Below, one piece after another: positions 61,209 through 64,000 of a stretch of 64,000 bases of DNA. The translations under genes were made by a program, and so were the position numbers. A model generated the notes under the pieces. That model ran no database searches. It saw only the letters and a program-made list of their open reading frames with translations, and was not told the DNA's origin. How positions within the stretch are numbered: the stretch's first letter is position 1; every line of letters begins with the position of its first letter. The DNA comes from Candidatus Eiseniibacteriota bacterium (GTDB lineage: Bacteria; Eisenbacteria; RBG-16-71-46; CAZEPH01). Location of the stretch: the NCBI GenBank assembly GCA_044229145.1, contig JBGATO010000012.1, positions 1 through 64,000 on the forward strand. The letters run 5' to 3'.

Positions 61209-62063
61209 GTGACCGAACTGCTGGTGACCGAATTGACCCTGGACAGTGCCAAGGCGGAGCGCGCATTCGTGGCCGCGCCGGCGCCGGCCGAGCTGCCCGC
61301 CGGCTGTCTGCGCCTCGAGCGCGCCCGCACCGGCCGGCCGCACACCTACTTCGTCGCCAGCTGGTGGACAGACACCGCATCGCGCAAGGCGTTCGAGAAC
61401 TCGGGCGCCGTCTGGCCCGGCCACGAACTCACGGGCGTCGCGCGCATCGAGCGCCACCCGTTCGTGGCGGCCGCCTCGAGCACCACCATCCGCGCGTTCT
61501 GCGCCGACTGCGCCGAAATCGCACCGGTCACCGTGCGGCCGGGCGGGGAGACGTGTAGCTACTGCGGCGCCGCCCTGCCCGGGCGTCCGGATGCCGGCGT
61601 CATGCCGGGACCGCTCGGCGGACTGCCGGTGGGGCCGGCGTCGGACCTCGCCGGGATCGACCTCGAGCCGGCCACCCGCACGGCAGTGGAGGCCTATTTC
61701 CAGGCCTGGAACACCGAGGACGCGGCGGCGCGGCGCGGACTCATCGAAACCTCGATGGCGCCCGCGGGGTCGTACCAGGATCCCGCGACACCGGCAGCGG
61801 TGGCCGGATACGACGCCATCGCGGAGCTGATGGCCGGGATGCGCGCCCGTTTCTCGGGCATCCGCTTCGAGATCACGCACGCGTACGGCCGCGGCCCATT
61901 GGTGACCGTCGAATGGCGCATGATCCTGCCGCTCAAGGGCGGCGAATCGGTGACGCCGGGGGTGGACGTCATCCAGATGGATGGCGGCGCGATCGCCCGG
62001 ATCATCGCGTACTACGACCGCGGTCCGGCGATCGCCCAGCAGGCGAACCGGGCATACGCGTAG
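61209..62063 (+). CDS. Fusion: ABM-like domain, Cys4 zinc ribbon and SnoaL/NTF2-like domain
   Basis: GGAG RBS then GTG; YFVASWW....RKAFE, CADC...CSYCG, AYFQAWN...YQDP...GVDVI...IIAYYD. Confidence 0.75.
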   Translation: MTELLVTELTLDSAKAERAFVAAPAPAELPAGCLRLERARTGRPHTYFVASWWTDTASRKAFENSGAVWPGHELTGVARIERHPFVAAASSTTIRAFCADCAEIAPVTVRPGGETCSYCGAALPGRPDAGVMPGPLGGLPVGPASDLAGIDLEPATRTAVEAYFQAWNTEDAAARRGLIETSMAPAGSYQDPATPAAVAGYDAIAELMAGMRARFSGIRFEITHAYGRGPLVTVEWRMILPLKGGESVTPGVDVIQMDGGAIARIIAYYDRGPAIAQQANRAYA

Positions 62064-62239
62064 GCGGCGCGGCCCGCCCGCTGTGCGATGTCGTGGGCCT
62101 GTGTTAGACTGCGGATCCGCCCGCAGTTTCCGTGGATCCCCCGCGATGACCATCGTCTTTCCGAGTGACGGACGTGCCGCGTCTGTGCGGTACGCGCGCC
62201 GGTGCTCATGCCCCGGCCGGTAAGGAGGCTTCTACCCTC

Positions 62240-64000
62240 ATGCAGTGTGCGCAGTCGATGTGGCGGGGTGCGGTAAAGGTCCGGGCGCGGGGCGCGTTCG
62301 TGGTGGCGGCCATCTGTGTGGCGGGGGCGTTGGCGTCCACCGGATGCGGTGGCAACAAGGACGGCGTCTTGCGTCCCAACCAACCACCCACGGTAACGCT
62401 GACCAGCGGGCCGGTGGATCGCAGCACCTCGAGCTATTCGGTGCCGTTCTATTGGTCGGGGTTCGATGTCGACGGCACCGTGGACAGCTTCGTGTACACC
62501 GTCGACACGGTGGACACCGTGTGGACGGGCACGCGGGATCACAGCGCCAGCATCCTGTTCTCCGCGACTTCGCAGGCCGACTCCACGCTCTTCACGTCCT
62601 GGCACACGCTCTACGTCGAGGCGGTGGACAACCGCGGCGCGCGCTCGCAACCGGCCGACGTCACCTTCAACGCAAGCACCATTTCTCCGAGCACCGCGCC
62701 CGAGCGGCCGCTCATCCTGAAGAACGGGGGCGGTGGCATCAACTCGCCGATCCAGGGCGGTCCGACGTTGCACCTCGAGTGGACGGGCACCGACCCCGAC
62801 GGCGTGTTCAGCCACCAGCCGGTCGCCTACGAAATCGTGACGGTGGCCAGCGACAACAACATCGCCGGCAACTGGGCACGCGCCGAGAGTCTGTGCACCG
62901 GCAAGGTCGCGTCCCGCCCGCCGACGGTGACGCGCGTGAGTGGCGACATCCTGCAGTACGACCTGATGAACCTGACGCCCGCCGGCCGCACGTCCAACTG
63001 GTTGATTTGGATCCGCGCGATCGACGAAGCGGGCGCGAAGGAGCCGTGGCCGACGTCGCGCAATCGCTGGCCGAGCTACTTCATGTTCTACTTCGCGCAG
63101 CCGTTCCTGCAGGGCCCGGCGCTCACCATCAACTCCGCGGCACTCGGCCGCTACACCGTACAGGGTGTGGGGCGTGACTCGTCGGAGTTCGTGTTCGACC
63201 GCGCGATCAGCCTGACCTGGGATGCCGACGCGTCGCAGTACGGCAGCGAACTCGACGGCTTCCGGTGGGGCGTGGATGTCATCGACATCGACAACCCGGC
63301 GGACCCGGGCTGGGCGAGCGGCTGGAATCGCAAGCTCATCGGACTCAGCGGCCTGACGTTCACCGACCACGACGCGTTCCTGCATGAAATCATCATTCAG
63401 GCCCGCGATACGAATGGTGCGGTGACCACCGAACACCTGAAACTCACCCTCGTCGAATTCCGATTCGAGAAGGACGTGCTCTTCGTCGACGACGAACTCG
63501 AAGGGCAGGGGTCCGGCAGCTTCGTCGGGCCGGGCGAACATACGGCGTACATGGTGCAAGCGCTCAAACAGGCGCTCACCGCGCTCGGGCGGCCGGCGGT
63601 CGTGGATACGATCAGCACGTTTCCGACGAACCAGCAGAACGACAGCCATCCGATTCGCCTCGTCGACCTATCGCGCTACCGCACGGTGGTGTGGGACTGC
63701 GGACAGCCGACCACCTCGTGCACGCTCTGGGGCACGATTTCGGTGGGACCGGGCGCGCCGCTCAGCAAGGCGAATCCGCTGGCAGTCTACCTCGAATCCG
63801 GCGGCACGCTGCTGATGAACGGCGGCTTCCAAGTACGCTCCAGCATCCGGAACATCCCGGTGCGCGTGAACTCGTACGATCAGGGATCCGGCCTGGCCCC
63901 GGGCAACAACAACTTCGCCTACGACTATCTGCACGTGCCGGGGAAGGTCTGGGTGGGTGTGTCCGATGCGCCGCGCAACGGCATGTTGCAGGCGCAGCCC
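62240..64000 (+). CDS. Large lipoprotein with Ig/FN3-like domains (truncated by window end)
   Basis: TAAGGAGG upstream, lipobox STGC, NQPPTVTLTSGP, WSGFDVDG, AVDNRG; same frame still reads LSRYRTVVW...YLESGG near the window end. Confidence 0.8.
   Translation, partial: MQCAQSMWRGAVKVRARGAFVVAAICVAGALASTGCGGNKDGVLRPNQPPTVTLTSGPVDRSTSSYSVPFYWSGFDVDGTVDSFVYTVDTVDTVWTGTRDHSASILFSATSQADSTLFTSWHTLYVEAVDNRGARSQPADVTFNASTISPSTAPERPLILKNGGGGINSPIQGGPTLHLEWTGTDPDGVFSHQPVAYEIVTVASDNNIAGNWARAESLCTGKVASRPPTVTRVSGDILQYDLMNLTPAGRTSNWLIWIRAIDEAGAKEPWPTSRNRWPSYFMFYFAQPFLQGPALTINSAALGRYTVQGVGRDSSEFVFDRAISLTWDADASQYGSELDGFRWGVDVIDIDNPADPGWASGWNRKLIGLSGLTFTDHDAFLHEIIIQARDTNGAVTTEHLKLTLVEFRFEKDVLFVDDELEGQGSGSFVGPGEHTAYMVQALKQALTALGRPAVVDTISTFPTNQQNDSHPIRLVDLSRYRTVVWDCGQPTTSCTLWGTISVGPGAPLSKANPLAVYLESGGTLLMNGGFQVRSSIRNIPVRVNSYDQGSGLAPGNNNFAYDYLHVPGKVWVGVSDAPRNGMLQAQP

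Noticed and set aside
62245..63177. 310-aa plus-strand ORF in the track
   Set aside because: Off-frame; the real gene starts at 62240 in another frame and runs off the window

Overview
High-GC (roughly 70% by eye) chromosomal window from a diderm bacterium. A stand-alone FlgD-Ig protein, a short F1 epsilon subunit, MqnP-type prenyltransferase and large Ig-rich lipoproteins suggest a Ca. Eisenbacteria/Krumholzibacteriota/Latescibacterota-like lineage (inference only). Main content: (1) a complete clade II nitrous-oxide reductase cluster (hemerythrin-cytochrome c-nosZ-nosB-nosD-nosF-nosL-cupredoxin-like-nosY) divergent from a Cys-less Crp/Fnr regulator with two CRP-like boxes between them; (2) an orphan parA plus upstream RHH-like/coiled-coil partner behind a sigma-54 promoter; (3) ubiA(mqnP)-ubiX followed by a secreted TPR protein with an anthrax-lethal-factor/PPEP-like HExxH core; (4) guaB, an OYE reductase, vapBC and a full F1Fo ATP synthase operon (atpA carries a frameshift, probably an assembly error); (5) housekeeping genes (tsaD, dcd, add, MFS, GGDEF response regulator); (6) a four-gene ECF sigma/anti-sigma module in which the anti-sigma and a putative outer-membrane protein share the same Ig-like domain; (7) an aminotransferase-ALDH-CoA transferase cluster and several envelope/redox proteins. 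No rRNA, tRNA, CRISPR array, integrase or transposase was recognised. Most notable oddities: the ECF/Ig module, a 69-bp AT-rich synonymous patch inside dcd, histone-H1-like basic tails on purine enzymes, and the sigma-54 parA module.
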